Source: the human T2T-CHM13v2.0 reference genome, Homo sapiens
Assembly: GCF_009914755.1 (NCBI RefSeq)
Contig: NC_060937.1
DNA: 64,000 nucleotides
Strand: one strand, 5' to 3'
The position numbers were made by a program, and so were the translations under genes. This document shows, in pieces, positions 29,180-42,060 of this stretch (positions are counted from its first letter, which is position 1; each line of letters starts with the position of its first letter). The notes beneath the pieces are model-generated. The model was not told the DNA's origin, did no database searches, and saw only the letters and a program-made list of their open reading frames with translations.

Positions 29180-29777
29180 TTATGGAGGAAAGAGTTTGAT
29201 CAGCAGGTCTGGTTTCCTCAAACCCAGCATTCTCCTAAGAAAAAGGTTCTCTGCATGACTGACTTCTGCTTGATCTACAGTCCTTGATTATTCTGCTTGA
29301 TAAGAATGTTTTTCCATTTCTGAGTCTGTGGGCCACACTGTATCAACTTAATCAGATAATTTATGTTAACAATATGATTTATGGTGAGTGCCTGTTTGTT
29401 TTTCTTCTGTTTTTAGAGAGGGGGCACTGGAATCTGAGTAGCTGCGGTCAGTGACCCATTCACTTCATGCCTGCACTAATGACTCACAAAAATACCCAGG
29501 ACCGCAAGACTCAAGTAAGCTCCCTAGGTGGCAGCACTACTAACATATTGCCGCACATTATTGCTGGGAAGCACATCTGTGCAACTCCATTGGGTGACAT
29601 CTGAAAGTCTATACCTAGTTCTCTTAGATTTCTTCCCATGTGACTTTTCCTTTTGCTGATTTTAATCTGAACCCTTTTGCTGTAGTCAACCATAAAGGTC
29701 AGTATAAGAAGCTTTCTAAGTTACCTGAGTCCTTGTGATTCGGTGAGCCTGATGTTGACTTTGGAGACCCTAATACA
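29180..29777 (+). mobile_element. ERVL LTR, MER21/MER77-like
   Basis: atttatgttaacaatatgatttatggtga, tttccttttgctgattttaatctg, ending ttggagaccctaataca. Confidence 0.65.
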
Positions 29778-30239
29778 GAAATATATCTATCTATATAAAG
29801 CTATAAGAATAAAAATTAAATTATAGCCAAGGAAAACAAAAAGTTAGGCCAAGATTTCAGCTTCTTACCTATTACAGGACGGACAGATTTTATAGTTTAA
29901 ACCTCACCAATTAGAGAATGTTTCTAAATATCTCAGGCTTTCCAATGGTACACCAAATGGATACACTTGAAGAGCAAAAGTGAGGCATAGAAATAATAAT
30001 TCACCTAATGACAAAAAAATCTAATATTCAAGGTTAAGAATTTACTCTAATTGTGAGAGCAAAACTCAAATTTACTCAACATTGACAAAGTTTGAAACCA
30101 ATTATTTACTGCTGTTTGGCAAGTTAACATCACTTGATAGCGGGGAAATTCAAATTAAAGCCAAACCACACAATTTCACACTCAAAAGTGTGACTAAAGT
30201 TACTAAGACTGAAAAAAGAAAACCACCAAAATATTTGGA

Positions 30240-30510
30240 GAGAATGGGTAAATGTATTGTGGTATTTTGTATGTTAGAAAATATTCAGCAATTAAAAATA
30301 ATTAGCTACTGATACAAGCAACAAATGACATGAGTCTCAAAAATACGATGTTAAGTGAAAGAAGCCAGACACAAAATAATACATATTGAGTGATTCCATT
30401 CATAGTCAGTTGAAAAACACGAACAAATCTAAAGTGGTAGAAATCAGAGGAGATGTGGTATGAGGACTGTTGACTGGAGTGTGGCATAAGAAGACTTTTA
30501 GAGGTGATCT
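30240..30510 (+). mobile_element. Ancient L1M 3' fragment
   Basis: atgagtctcaaaaatacgatgttaagtgaaagaagccagacacaaaataatacatat...gattccattcata. Confidence 0.7.
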
Positions 30511-30577
30511 TTTTTTTTTTTTTAATTAGAGTAGGTACTATGACCTAGTGAAGTTGGCACTTAAAATTAACCATCAC

Positions 30578-30849
<272 letters not shown>

Positions 30850-30964
30850 AAAATTAACCATCACATATACTGATGCAATTACTGCTCATAGTAGATACTG
30901 TAATAGAGGACTAAGGCCTTTTTATAGTGATACATGCACTATTAAAATGCATTTGCATGGAAGA

Positions 30965-31310
30965 ATATATATATTTCTCTATATATAGATAATATATGTA
31001 ATCTCTATATGTATACATACATAATATGTAATCTCTCTATATATGAATTTCATTTATATACTATATATAAACTATATATAGTATGTACATACTGTACTAT
31101 ATACTATATATAATATCTAATACAGTATATTTGGTTTATTTGTTCTCTCTCCCTCTCTCTCTCTCTCCCCTCTCTCTCCCTCAGTGTGTGTGTGTGTGTG
31201 TGTGTATTTTTGTTTATATATATATATATCTTTCTCTATATATTTATATCTTGAACTTTCTATATTTTATATATATATATGTGTGTGTGTGTGCGTGTGT
31301 ATAAAGAGAG
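30965..31310. repeat. Low-complexity (TA)/(CT)/(TG) cluster
   Basis: Direct reading. Confidence 0.85.
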
Positions 31311-32389
31311 AGGGAGAACAAATGAAACAAACCAAATATTGTACTCCACTTCCATTGAGCAGAATTTTGTGTCCTTGATGACTCATAACCTGATTTTATT
31401 AATATTATACTCTAATTCCATTGTACTGAACATCCTGAAAAATAATCCCACTCATCCAACCACCTCCTCCATGTGTAGTTTCGGGCTATTCCAATCTCAC
31501 ATTAGACTATCTTATTTTTGAATATTCAGGTCTGCTTCTGCAGGGTCCAGGCAGGTTAAATAAATAACTGAAGCAACCTGTGTGATAAAGCACATGCCAA
31601 TCTACAGGAGACTGGAACTGCACAATGCCAGTTAGCGCTGACAAGCACAATGTGAAATTAATGCAGCTAGAGCTACTGAGAAATTATAAATGTGGATTTT
31701 TATTTGCTGTCTTTTGAAATAAAAATGTTGGCTCAATTTTTTACATTTGGTAGATCAAACAAAATAAATGTGTGGGCCATATGTGATCTCTTGGCTGTCA
31801 ATTTATGACAAATTTATGACTTTCATAAACAAATGACTTGTAAGTATCCCCAACCCAGTAGAATAAAGGAACATTCAGGATATCAAGGTTTCTTAATATA
31901 TCTGTGGATGGAGAGATGATATGTTTCTTCTAGCTCTATTGTATGATGCTTAGAGATAATAAAGCAAGTAATTTGATTCTCTTTTTATAGATATTCTGCA
32001 TAGGCTTAAAACTTAAAACTTTATTTACCTATCACAACATTTTTTTACAGTAACTTTTCACTACCTCCTTGCGGTGTAGACTTTAGTGTACTCTGGATTT
32101 TTAGTTCTAGATTAGAACTATGATGTATACAAACCATAGAGTTCTGTTTTTATATAACTTTATTTGGAAAGCCATACTTCCAGGCCAGTGTCTAGCATAA
32201 AGTCAGGTGTATTATGGGTTTTTAGCTACATATATATTCCACTCATTACTAGAATTGCTCTAGAGTGCAACATGCACACTCCGTAGCAAATTTTCTGGCC
32301 CCGGAAGGCATTCATCTAATGCAGATTCTCAGAAACCAGGATCATTTTTTTTTTGCTAGGTTATCTGGGTGTGGTAATACTTAAGGATG

Positions 32390-32393
<4 letters not shown>

Positions 32394-32430
<37 letters not shown>
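32394..32430. repeat. (TG)n microsatellite
   Basis: Direct reading. Confidence 0.95.
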
Positions 32431-32433
<3 letters not shown>

Positions 32434-35008
32434 GCATTTGTCTCTCATGATAATCATGTTGACTCCATCTTCTACATAGAATGCTTCTTGACAAATACCT
32501 ACTGTACATGACAGCACAAAATTAACACTGTCCGTTTTCCTCTATCCCCAGTCATGTTACACATTCATTGTATCTCATTAATAGATGCAGACAAATAAGG
32601 ATTCACTGAGAGGAGAAAAGAAAAAACCTCTGGCTGCCTTAGGTTATAGTTGGCAAAGGTTGGAGCTGTGTTAGGAGAAGCCAATTTCATAGGGAAGAGG
32701 CAGAATGAATCAAGAAATTCTTTATATCTTCTTTACTGCCATTAATGTTTTTTCTTCCCCTCAGGGCAGATAGTGTATAAGCCATAAATGGGTTTCCCAA
32801 CCAATGCAAAGCCTGCCATTGGTAGATTTCTTTCCTAAAATGTACCCCATTCTCTTGTCATTTATTTTAATGTTCATTTATCAGTTTAATCCAGGGAAAT
32901 CAGTCATTGTAGAAAAGAAAAGTCAGCCAGAAACTTGGAGGTAATAATAATATATTGGTATTACAGAAGAAAGTATGACAGATACTACAATTGGCTTACT
33001 CAACATCATATGGCTTTTTTACCATGCCTTTAAAATAGAAACAAGAAAACTTTAAAAATCTTAAACTTTTTAAAAAACTGCTTTGAACCTGAGAGTGTCC
33101 ATGGGACACATCTGACTCAAGAAAGGAAAGCAGAGGTCAACTGGGGCCAACTCCATGGCTTCTCCTTCTTCTTTCCTGGAATTCTGGTGATAAATAACAG
33201 TTTAATAGTCATTGTTAAGAAAAAAGTATCAAAAGGTAGAAGGAGACCAGCTCCTTCATGTCATTATTGAGGCAGAATTCCAGTCTTAGTGTATTCACTT
33301 ATAGATTTATTTTTGCATGATATCAATAAATCTGTATTTGCTTAAGCTACTGTAATCAGGTCTCTTATAAAACAAACCCCCTACAAAGTATATAGTAAAA
33401 AGAGAGCTTTAAGGGCAGTATAATCTAGGTATCAAGAAAACAGGGTCTATTTTCTTTGGATTCTAAGGCTATGTCCAACATTAATATAAAAAATAAATTT
33501 AAACATGCAAAAAATTTGTTTAACAGAAAATATACTCAGTAAAATATGAAACCTATCATTATTATATTTTTATGATATATATTATGAAAAATACCAATCT
33601 TTTGAAAATGTCAGCTGGGTCTATTAGTGTCATTTACAAACTTCCAGATTATTCTACAATAACCTTTGTGTAACATTTCTACATTTGGCCTTATTGCATG
33701 TCATGGAGAGTTCTACTCAACCAATCTGTTAATAATCATTTATGATAACAAAGCAAGGTTGTCACTTCTGACTCTCAGTCCACTCATTGATGTATGTGCA
33801 ATCCTTGATGAGCAAATCATCTGTTCTGACTACTTTTCTTGAAGTATTGATGACACTCATCACTAAGTATAACCCTGCACATTGTGGACACTCCCTTTTT
33901 AAATGTTCTGGGAAAGGTGGGGTTATAGACCCGAATTTAAAGAGCTTTTGCATTCTTGAATTGTGAGAACACCAGAAACTTCAGGCTCACCCTGGAGGAT
34001 GAACCTCTTAGTAGGAAGGGCCTCTGTTCCACATGAACTTGCCATCAGTTCCTGAATGTCTTTTTCTCATTGGAAACCTCTTACTCCATGCTCACATCCC
34101 TCTATTCATAGTGCACAAATAAGCATGCATAAAAACCATCACTAGAACTGAAAAGGACCTTTTTGAAGAAAAAGATTTACTAAAAGATATAACAATATCC
34201 ATTATCCAGTGAATGTTGTAAAGCATCTAAAAAGCTGATTTAAAAAAGTACAGCTTATGCATGACAGTAAACATATGTTATCTCACGTATTTTAAGAGAC
34301 CAAGTTACCGAAAAATTTACTAGCTGGGGTCCTTCATTTAATACCCCTCATCCTATCTTTGATATCCATTATTTTTGAAGAGCTTAGACATTTAAAGTAG
34401 AAATGCTTAGACATTTAAAACATTTTATTCCAGCCTCTGTAGGACACATTTATTCCATTCTAGTTCCTTGTAATAAAAATAATGCTTTAGTCAGTAGAAG
34501 GATCATATGACCTCAACACATTGATAAGATTCTGCTTTCTATACAAAAAACTAAAACAAACAAAAGCCCTCAAGTATTTTCCATTATAGAATGAAGTTTT
34601 AATAACTTAGATTACTAAAACAAACATTCAAATGTTTTTTTAAAAAGAGAAATAAAACATATTAAGCGAGGTTATATCAATGAAGGCCAGAGAGGGAAGA
34701 AAACTTCTAGAAAGTATTTCAACATTTTTATGGCACTCACTCATTAATTTAGAATAAAACAAAATCTTACTATATGAGCAAAAATATTAGATACTATACC
34801 TTGTGCTTCAGAGAAATAAAAATGGGTAAATCACTAATTATAACTATTCTAGCAGTTCCCAACCTATCAGAAAGAACACAGATTTGGAAAAATGTGATAT
34901 AATATGTCTGGTGTATTTTACAAGTGAATATATGGTACAGTAATAGCACGAGAGAGATGGTTACTTCTCTGAGGATGGTGGAGGGGATCCATTGGCTACA
35001 TAAAAGAT

Positions 35009-35200
35009 TTGATATTGACATGAGTCTTAAAAATTGAGCAAGAATGCATTGTGTTATAAAGAGTAGTATTCCAAGCAGAAAAGGCAGCAACCCCAAGCTC
35101 TCCTTCCCAGAGGTAAACAGATCATAAGAACTGGTTAAAAAGGTAATTATATCATTTTAAATTAATGGTTTAGCCGGATATGTTACTTTCATCTGAAAAC
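35009..35200 (+). repeat. Local dispersed duplication A, copy 1
   Basis: Near-identical to 36433-36623. Confidence 0.95.
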
Positions 35201-35964
35201 AAAATCTAAGGTTCAGTCAAGAATTAACTTTGTTGAAAAAACTTTCTGTCCTTCAGATGTGTATTAACACTCATTTTTTTTCCATTGTAATGGATCAAGT
35301 AATCAAAAGAACACAATACTCCAAAAGTTGATGCAAGAGGTAGCATAATTGCTGCCTGCACAGAAATATCACTTGTGTTGCTTAATCAAATACACTGCAA
35401 ATTAATGAGAACATCTCGATTTTCTATTCCCGGGGTTTAGAACAGCAATGGCCACACAGTAGTTGACCAATAAATACATATTGAATGAAAAAATGAACAA
35501 ACAAGATGAGCAATTTTCAGTCTTAGTCCCAGTGGTAATTCACCTAGTGCTGTTACAGCTTAATTCCAATTGTTCTTAAATGGATCTTTAGAATATATTT
35601 GCCAGCAATTGTGAAATAGAATAGTTATTCTTTATTAAGGTAGCAAATGAATAAACCTGGGTAAATAGCAACCCAAGTAGTAAGGGGAATGTCATACAAA
35701 GGCTTCTGGAGGAACTAGTTATAAATGATTAACAGCACATGTATGAAAAACAACCTAGAAATTATTAGTAAAAATTCAAGAAGTTCAGAATGTATTTAAT
35801 ACAAAATATGTATATGTAGTGATATGAAATATAAAGGGTCAATATTAAAGTAATATTTAGGTATAATGTAAAATTTTCCTCAAAGATACTAATATCTTCA
35901 TTAAAAACTAAAATAAAAGCTGATCTAGAGGAAAATTTGCTGCTCTGTAATAGTCTAAATAGTT

Positions 35965-36432
35965 GTGTAGCAGAATGTGTCCATGTGACTAGTCATCCAT
36001 AAAAGCCTTGGACCTTAGCCAAGCACCATGGCTCAAGCTTGCAATCCCAGCACTTTGGGAGGCTGAGAGGGGCAGATCACTTGAGGTTTAGGAGTTCGAG
36101 ACCAACCTGGCCAAAATGGTGAAGCCCCATTGCTACTAAAAATACAAAAATTAGCCAGGTGTTGTGGAGGTGGCCTGTAATCCCAGCTACTCTGGAGGCT
36201 GAGGCAGTAGAATTATTTGAATCCGGGAGGTGGAGGTTGCAGTTAGCCAAGATCACACCACTGCACTCCACCCTGTGACAGAGATAGATTCTGTCAAAAA
36301 AAAAAAACAACCTTGAACCCTGAGAATCAAATGAACTTTCCTGGGCCAGTGTATTTTGCATGTGTTCCTGGAGTTTGCTGCTAGAGAGAACAATGTGTTC
36401 TGTGAGATTTGGTAGGGGAATGACTTAGAAAC
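35965..36432 (+). mobile_element. ERVL-type LTR fragment (MER21/MER77/LTR40-like), split by an Alu
   Basis: catgtgactagtcatccataaaagccttggacc...tgagaatcaaatgaactttcctggg. Confidence 0.5.
36018..36308 (+). mobile_element. AluS
   Basis: Alu dimer with A tail; degenerate TSD ccttgRacc. Confidence 0.92.
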
Positions 36433-36623
36433 TTGATATTGACATGAGTCTTAAAAATTGAGCAAGAATGCGTTGTGTTATAAAGAGTAGTATTCCAAGC
36501 AGAAAAGGCAGCACCCCATGCTCTCCTTCCCAGAGGTAAACAGATCATAAGAACTGGTTAAAAAGGTAATTTTATCATTTTAAATTAATAGTTTAGCTGG
36601 ATATGTTACTTTCATCTGAAAAC
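36433..36623 (+). repeat. Local dispersed duplication A, copy 2
   Basis: Near-identical to 35009-35200. Confidence 0.95.
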
Positions 36624-37396
36624 TGCTGAAAGATGCTATGGGAGAGATGTTGAGTCTGTAAAATAGGGATTTGGAGTAAAACAACATGAGAAAAAAAAGA
36701 TGGATCTACATAAGTGTTACAGAAGAGAACACAGACCTACTAACATGTTATTCAGAATTACCAAATAGAAAGCCATCAACTATAATTGAGAATAAGCATA
36801 AAGAATAAAAATGATCAAAGTTCAAGAAGTTGAGTTAATAGTATTTCAATCTGAAGGTGGATATTTAAAAATGGGTAAATTTAAAATAATTAAAACTTTA
36901 AAGAATGAGAAATATAAAAATGTAATATGAAAAAGTATAAGCAGATGTGAAAAAGAACCAAAATTATATTTCTATAGGAGAGAAGTGTAGACTTTCTAAT
37001 GTAAAGCCCACTGAGGTAGATTAATTTAAAAATATGTACGGAGGAAGAGAGGATTGGTGAACTAAGAGTATTATAAAATGTAACAAGTGAAATAGAAAAA
37101 CATGATGATAATTAAGAGAAATTAAGAGACCAGGAAAATAGGATAAATGTGTCCATATGTGTGTAAAAAAAGAGTTACAAAAAATTATTGGGAAGATGGA
37201 GCAAATGTAATATTTCAAACAAGGTTTTCATGAGAATTTTCCAGAAGTTCATAAAGGATATTAAAGCAGAGTGAAAAGCAAGGAATAAAATATAAATTAA
37301 CAATATATTAGAATTTAAAGCAAGGAACAATAGTATTGTCACTGAGATCAATACTGGAAATATAGCAATGAATATACATTAATGTGTAAAGATAGG

Positions 37397-37730
37397 TGAA
37401 ATGTCTGAGATTTTACTCAAGTTGACAAATCAGCATTCTAGTTTCTTGAGTAGTGGCAGAAGACACATGATTCCTGTGTCAGAGAAAAAGGACCTTATTT
37501 CCCACCGCAATAGCAGTAGCCAGAGTATCAGAGTATCATCATTGGTGTAAGTTCCTCAAGCTTGAATTCACATAGGGTGATGTGAAGAAGGCCAAGTGAC
37601 AACTTACCGAGGGTTGTGTTACAGGAGAGGAACACTTTACAGTGGAAATCAAGAGCTAAGGAAGCCAAGATCAAAAAGCTGCAGTTAACTGCATTGCCCT
37701 CAATGCAACTGCCTCTTGGCATCCAGAAAG
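37397..37730 (-). mobile_element. ERVL LTR fragment (MER73/MER74-like)
   Basis: ggcagaagacacatgattcctgtgtcagagaaaaaggaccttatt motif. Confidence 0.5.
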
Positions 37731-38189
37731 CTGCATAGTATTACAATGCTAAGTAAAATTTTTTTCATTTTGTGCATTTTTGATCAGAACTGAAACAAAA
37801 AGATGGATTATCTATACCTCTACATTACAAATTTCTTACAATTGCATCTATAGATTTTTCATGGAAATGAACATTTTTATTTTAAAATTTACATGAAAAA
37901 GCAAAATGGTACAATTTGCTAAGACAATACTGAGGGAAAAATGTTGAAGGTGAGATGATATCCTCTACTAAATGTCAAGATTTATCATATAATTACATGA
38001 ATTAAGTTAGCAATTAAAGTAGGGGTGATATTAGAGCAGAATAGAGAGCCCAGAAATATTCTCATAGCTTTCTGGAGATTGATATATGGCAAAGTTAGAA
38101 CTGTAAGCCAGTAGAGTCATTTCATTCTCCTGTCTCAGACAGAGGTTTATTTTGCCTTTACCCAACATCTCTTTGCATAATAAAGGAAA

Positions 38190-38345
38190 CAATAATAACA
38201 ACAAATATTTACTGAGCACTTTTCGTAAGCCAAAAGCTTATCATTTATGTGCTAAGTGCTTTTCATGAATTATTTCATGGAACCATCACCACTTTGTGAA
38301 GTAGGAAGTATTAGTTACACGTTACAAATGAAGAAACTGAGACAT
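38190..38345 (-). mobile_element. MIR
   Basis: atttactgagcactt...ttacaaatgaagaaactgag. Confidence 0.7.
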
Positions 38346-38564
38346 TGGGGAGAATATTGAATATTTTAACTACATAAAAATTTAAAATTTCTGTTCATAA
38401 TATGGCCCAATAAAAGTGAAAAGAATAATGGCCTAAACTCTGCAGAGATATTTGAAATGCATATTTTTCCACTTTATTTTTACTTTTTCATTAAATATTA
38501 TATGTACATTTTATACACTAGGATTTGTCTCTTGACTGGATCTTATCTACTGCCTTTTTCCGTT

Positions 38565-41500
38565 TTTCATTTTTTTAGATTATCACATAATACTTGCATA
38601 TATTTATTGTGTACAACATGATGCTTTGAAACATGTATGTATTCTGGAATGGCTAAATTGAACTACTTAACATATGCATTACTTTATATGCTTATCCTTT
38701 GAGGGAGAATGAAAACAATTAAAATCTACCCTCTTAACAAATTTCAATAATATAATACATTGTTATTAATTATAATTATAAAATAGATCTTTTGAAGTTA
38801 TTATTCCTAGCTAACAAATTTTGTGTTCTTTTACCAAAACCTCCACAAAGCCCTAACCCCTAGTTCCTAGTAATTACCATTCTGCTCTCTGTTGAGTTCA
38901 ACTTTTTCAGACATTACATATAAATAAGATCATGCACTGTTTGTCTTTCTGTGCATCGCTTATTTCATTTAACATTATATCCTCCAGGTTCATTCATGTT
39001 GTCTTAATGACAAAATTTATTTCATTTGTAAGGCTAAATAGTATTCCATTGTGTATCTATATCACATTTTCTTTATCCATCCTCCTGTTGACAGTTTAAA
39101 TCCATATCTTGGTAGTTGTGAGTAATGCAGCAATAAACAGGGGAGTGCAAATATCTCCACAACATATTAATTTCAAATACTTAGGATATATACCCCATAG
39201 TTAAATTGCTGTTGTATATGATAATTCTATTTTTAATTTTTTGAGGAACCTCTGTTCTGTTTTCCATAATGGCTTTACTAATTTGCATTCCCACCAACAG
39301 TGTGCAAGGAATTCCTTTGCTCCATATCTGCTCCAATACTTACCTTTCATCTTTTGGTAACAACCATTCTAAGACTGTATGAGGTGAAATATTGTGATTT
39401 TGATTTGCATTACTCTGACAAGAATTTTGGGCATCTTTTCCTATACCTGTTGATCATGTGTATGTCTGCTTTTGAGAAATGTTTATTTAGGTGCTTAGGT
39501 TATTTGTTTTCTTATTACTGAGTTGTTTGAGTTACTTTTATGAATATTAACCCCATATCTGATGTGTGGTTTGCAAATATTTTCTCTCATGATGTAGGTT
39601 GTCTCTTCGCTCTGTTGATTATTTCCTTTGTGGTGCAGAATCTTTTTAGTTTGATGTGACCCTATTTGTCTATTTTTGCTTTTGTTGCCTGTGCTTTGGG
39701 GTTCATATTCAAATAACCATTGCCCAGACCAATGTCATGGAGTGTTCCCCCTATGTTTCTTCTAGTAGTTTCACAATTTCAGGTCTTATATTTTAGCCCT
39801 TAATCTATCTTGAGTTTAGTTTTGTATATGGTTTGAGATAACAGCCTAGTTTCATTCTTCTGCATGTGGATAGCTTCTTGCCCTAAACCATTTATTGAAG
39901 TGACTGGCCTATCCTCATTATGTGTTCTTGGCACATTTGCCAAAAAATAAATTGACCATAAATGGGTGAATTTATTTCAGGACCCTCTATTCTATGCCAC
40001 TGGTCTGTGTATCTGTTTCTATGTTAGTACCTTGCTGTTTTTATTACTATAGCTTTTTAGTATATTTTGAAGTCAGGTAGATACATATTCTAGAATAATT
40101 CATATATGAGGCAGCAAAACAAATTATAACAAATTTTAAAAGATTAAAATCATATCAGGAATCTTTTCCGACCACAATGTTATGAAACTAGAACTCAATA
40201 ACAGATAAATTTTAGAAAATTCAATAACATGCTCCCGAGCAATTAATGGGTCAATGAAGAAATTAAAGGGGATATTTAAAAGTATCTTGAGATAAACAGA
40301 AATGGAAACATATGCCAAAATTTATGGGATGAAGCAAAAGCTGTTTGAAGAGGGAACTTCATGTACAATAAAGATGTACACGAAAATATAAGAAATATTC
40401 CAGATAAACTATCTAATGTCATAAGTCAAGCAACTAAAACAAACAAAAACAAGAACAAATTAAGCCCAGAGTTAGCAGAAAGAAGGAAATAAAAAAGATC
40501 ACAGTAGAAATAAATGAAACAGAGAGTACAAAAACAATAGAAAAGATCAATGAAACTAAGAGTTGGTTTTTTTGAAAGATAAAATAAACACACTGAGAAA
40601 AAAAAGAAGGAAGTCTCAAATAAATACAATAAGAAGTGAAAGAGAATCCACTAGAACTGATAAAACAGAAGTATAAAGAATTATAACAGACTATTATGAC
40701 CAATTGAACACCAACAACTGGATAAAGTAAATGAATAAATTTCTAGACACAAACAAACTACCAAGACTGAATCACAAAGAAATAGAAAATCTGAACTGAC
40801 CAATAACAAGTAAGGAGATTGAATTAGCAATAAAAAGTCTCCCAGCAAAGAAAAGCCCAGGACCTGATTACTTCACCACTGAATTCCACTTGACATTTAA
40901 TAAAGAACGAATATCAATATTCAAACTCCTCCAAAAAATTGTAGAAAGAATACTTCCAAAATAATTTTATGAGGCCATCATTATCCTGATTCCAAAGCCA
41001 GATAAGAACCATACAAACAGAGAAAACTACAGGTCAATATCGCTGATGAACACAGATGCAAAAATCCTCTACACAATACTAGTGAACTGAATTCAATAGC
41101 ATGTTAAAATGATCATTCACCATGTTCAATTGGGATACATCCCAGGGATGCAAGGATGGTTCAACATATAGAAATCTATAAATGTGACAAACTGCTTCAA
41201 CAAGATGAAAAACAAAAATCAAATGATTATATCGATAGATGCAGAAAATATCTGATACATTCAACATTGTTTCCCAATAAAATCCCTCAACAAATTAGGC
41301 ACAGAAGGAATGCACCTCAATACAATAAAGGCCATATATGACAAACTCACAGCAACCATCATAATCAATAGAAAAATGTTGAAACCTTTTCCTTTAAGCT
41401 CAGGAACAAGACAAAGATGCCTATTCTTTCTATTCAAAATAATACTGGAAGTCCTAACTAGAGCAATTAGTCAAGAGAAAGAAATAAAAGGCATCCAGAT

Positions 41501-42060
41501 TGGAAAGGAAGAAGTTAAATTTTTTCTGTTTACAGATAACATGATGTTATACATAGAAAACCCTGAAGTCTCTACCAAAAAAAAATTATTAAAGTTAATA
41601 AGCTTACTCAGTAAAGTTGCAGGGTACGAAATCAATATAGAAAAACCAAAATCAATAGTCTTTCTATACCAACAGCAAACTATCAGAAAATAAATCAAGA
41701 AAACAATCCCATTTCAGCAGCTATAAAAATAAAATACTTAGGAATAAATTTAACCAAGGAGGTAAAAGACCTTTGCACTCAAAACCATAAAACACGGATG
41801 AAAATCAGTGCAGAATGCACAAATAAATGGAAATATATCCCTGTCCATTGACTGGAATAATTAATATTGTTAAAATGTCTATACCACCCAAAACAATCTA
41901 CCAATTTAATGAAATCACTATCACAATTCCAATGACATTTTTCCCAAAAATAGAAAAAAAACCGCTTAATATTCCTATAGAATCACAAAAGACTCTGAAT
42001 AGCCAAAGCAATCTTTAGCAAAAATAATAAAACTAGAGGTATGATACTCCCTGACTTCAA
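38565..42060 (-). mobile_element. L1MA-like element with ~2-kb 5' inversion (40080-42060 on + strand)
   Basis: 3' end and ORF2 antisense 38565-40079; + strand ORF2 remnants (e.g. IKAIYDKLTATII..EKEIKGIQIGKEEVK) end at cctgacttcaa, where the antisense part begins. Confidence 0.88.
41310..41693 (+). pseudogene. L1 ORF2 reverse-transcriptase fragment (degenerate, FTDN in place of FADD)
   Basis: ORF-track peptide matches the L1 RT domain; flanked by stops and frameshifts. Confidence 0.85.

Noticed and set aside
34382-34420. Micro-duplications (gcttagacatttaaa x2; also near 9220, 23258, 31800, 52887)
   Set aside because: 10-15-bp slippage duplications, ordinary background
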